Shown here: positions 63,079-64,000 of the stretch, piece after piece
Position numbering within the stretch: position 1 is the stretch's first letter
How the letters are laid out: the number at the start of each line of letters is the position of its first letter
NCBI GenBank assembly: GCA_963728565.1
Contig: CAVSLC010000002.1
Coordinates: 128,001 to 192,000 of the forward strand
Length of the DNA stretch: 64,000 bases
Source of the DNA: an uncultured delta proteobacterium
Lineage (GTDB): Bacteria > Desulfobacterota > Binatia > UBA9968
Direction: 5' to 3'
Program-made: the position numbers and the translations under genes
Notes under the pieces: model-generated
What the model saw: only the letters and a program-made list of their open reading frames with translations
The model's database searches: none
Told to the model about the DNA's origin: nothing

Positions 63079-64000
63079 TCAGGAATGATTTTTAGCAGTC
63101 TTGGGGAATGAAGCGGAATGACTCGTCGATGGAGTGTCTCCAACAAATTTCACGCCTTTACTTTTGATGGCGCTGTCGATTTTTTCTAACACTTCGTCGA
63201 GCTGATACGGTTTCATAATAACACCGCTCAGTTCCTGCTTAGCCAGTTCCGTCTCCAGCTGAGAGGCGATAAACCCGGTGGCGAAAATCGCCTTAATGTC
63301 AGGATCAACTTCTTTCATCTTTCGATAAGCTTCCCACCCGTTTAGCTTCGGCAATCCAAAATCAAGGATTACTGCCGCGATCTCTTGCTTATGCAGATTG
63401 TGCATATCGACAGCTTCAGCGCCATCCGCCGCGGTTAACACTCTGTACCCCGCTCGCTGCAGATGTATCTGCATCAAGCGCAGCTGGTGCACCTCGTCGT
63501 CAACGAAAAGAATCATTTCACCGTTGGCCACCAGCCCGTCAATTTTCCTGCGCGGCGGTTCCGCTCGGGGATCGCTTGATTCGACCTGATCTTTGGGGAT
63601 GGGAAGAAAAAGCCGAAAGCTTGCGCCGCGACCGGGCTCGCTTTCGACGTCGATAATACCGCCGTGTTTACCGACGATCCCATAGACCACCGCAAGGCCC
63701 AATCCCGTTCCTTCTCCCTGCCGTTTGGTCGTAAAGAACGGCTCAAAAATACGACTTTTGGTTGACATGCTCATGCCTATGCCGGTGTCTTTGACGGTGA
63801 CGCAGCAGTACAGTTCCTCTTTCACTTCTTGAGAAATCTTGCGCAGCTCGGCTCCGTCAACTATTTCGGTGGCAACGATCAGCTTTCCACCATTCGGCAT
63901 GGCGTCGCGCGCATTGAGGCAAAGGTTGAAAACCGCCTGATGAATTTGGTGAGGGTCGGCCATGATCGACGGCAAGTTCGGTTGTAGATTCCAGATGACC
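63079..64000 (-). CDS. Hybrid histidine kinase/response regulator, C-terminal part (runs off the window end)
   Basis: NLCLNARDAMP, DTGIGM, FEPFFTTK, GTGLGL, then FVDDE, LDFGLP, KPY. Confidence 0.92.
   Translation of the reverse strand, partial: VIWNLQPNLPSIMADPHQIHQAVFNLCLNARDAMPNGGKLIVATEIVDGAELRKISQEVKEELYCCVTVKDTGIGMSMSTKSRIFEPFFTTKRQGEGTGLGLAVVYGIVGKHGGIIDVESEPGRGASFRLFLPIPKDQVESSDPRAEPPRRKIDGLVANGEMILFVDDEVHQLRLMQIHLQRAGYRVLTAADGAEAVDMHNLHKQEIAAVILDFGLPKLNGWEAYRKMKEVDPDIKAIFATGFIASQLETELAKQELSGVIMKPYQLDEVLEKIDSAIKSKGVKFVGDTPSTSHSASFPKTAKNHS

Noticed and set aside
61393-64000. Integrative element at tRNA-Asn
   Set aside because: No integrase and no duplicate of the tRNA 3' end within the window; cannot be excluded beyond it

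Overview
A 64-kb bacterial chromosomal window. Its gene content resembles a soil Deltaproteobacteria-like organism, possibly Candidatus Binatia (inference only). Core genes include partial rnr, a paaF-G-H-J-like lower-pathway cluster with a divergent TetR, ahpC, nfo, purM-purN, mgtE, degP, tatA, typA, htpX, several ABC transporters, two AsmA-like proteins and tRNA-Asn(GTT). There are three accessory stretches. The first (about 13.6-20.4 kb) holds a ParE remnant, EVE, a His-rich methyltransferase, vapBC, a broken TIR-like gene, a HEPN-nucleotidyltransferase fusion and a TPMT. The second (about 22.5-30.4 kb) holds stress and signalling genes preceded by sigma-54 motifs. The third is two-component genes after the tRNA. 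The best-supported hidden feature is missing from the ORF track: an 88-aa AhpD/CMD-like selenoprotein (16371-16637) with a CxxU motif, an in-frame TGA and a SECIS-like hairpin 11 nt downstream. Also notable are two response-regulator genes whose GTG start lies exactly 13 nt after a sigma-54 -12 element (apparently leaderless), and two secreted metallo-beta-lactamase-fold paralogues with a rearranged metal site. Many conserved genes carry 1-2 nt frameshifts, most likely long-read assembly errors, so 'split gene' calls need read-level confirmation. All family assignments come from motif recognition by eye; no database searches were run.
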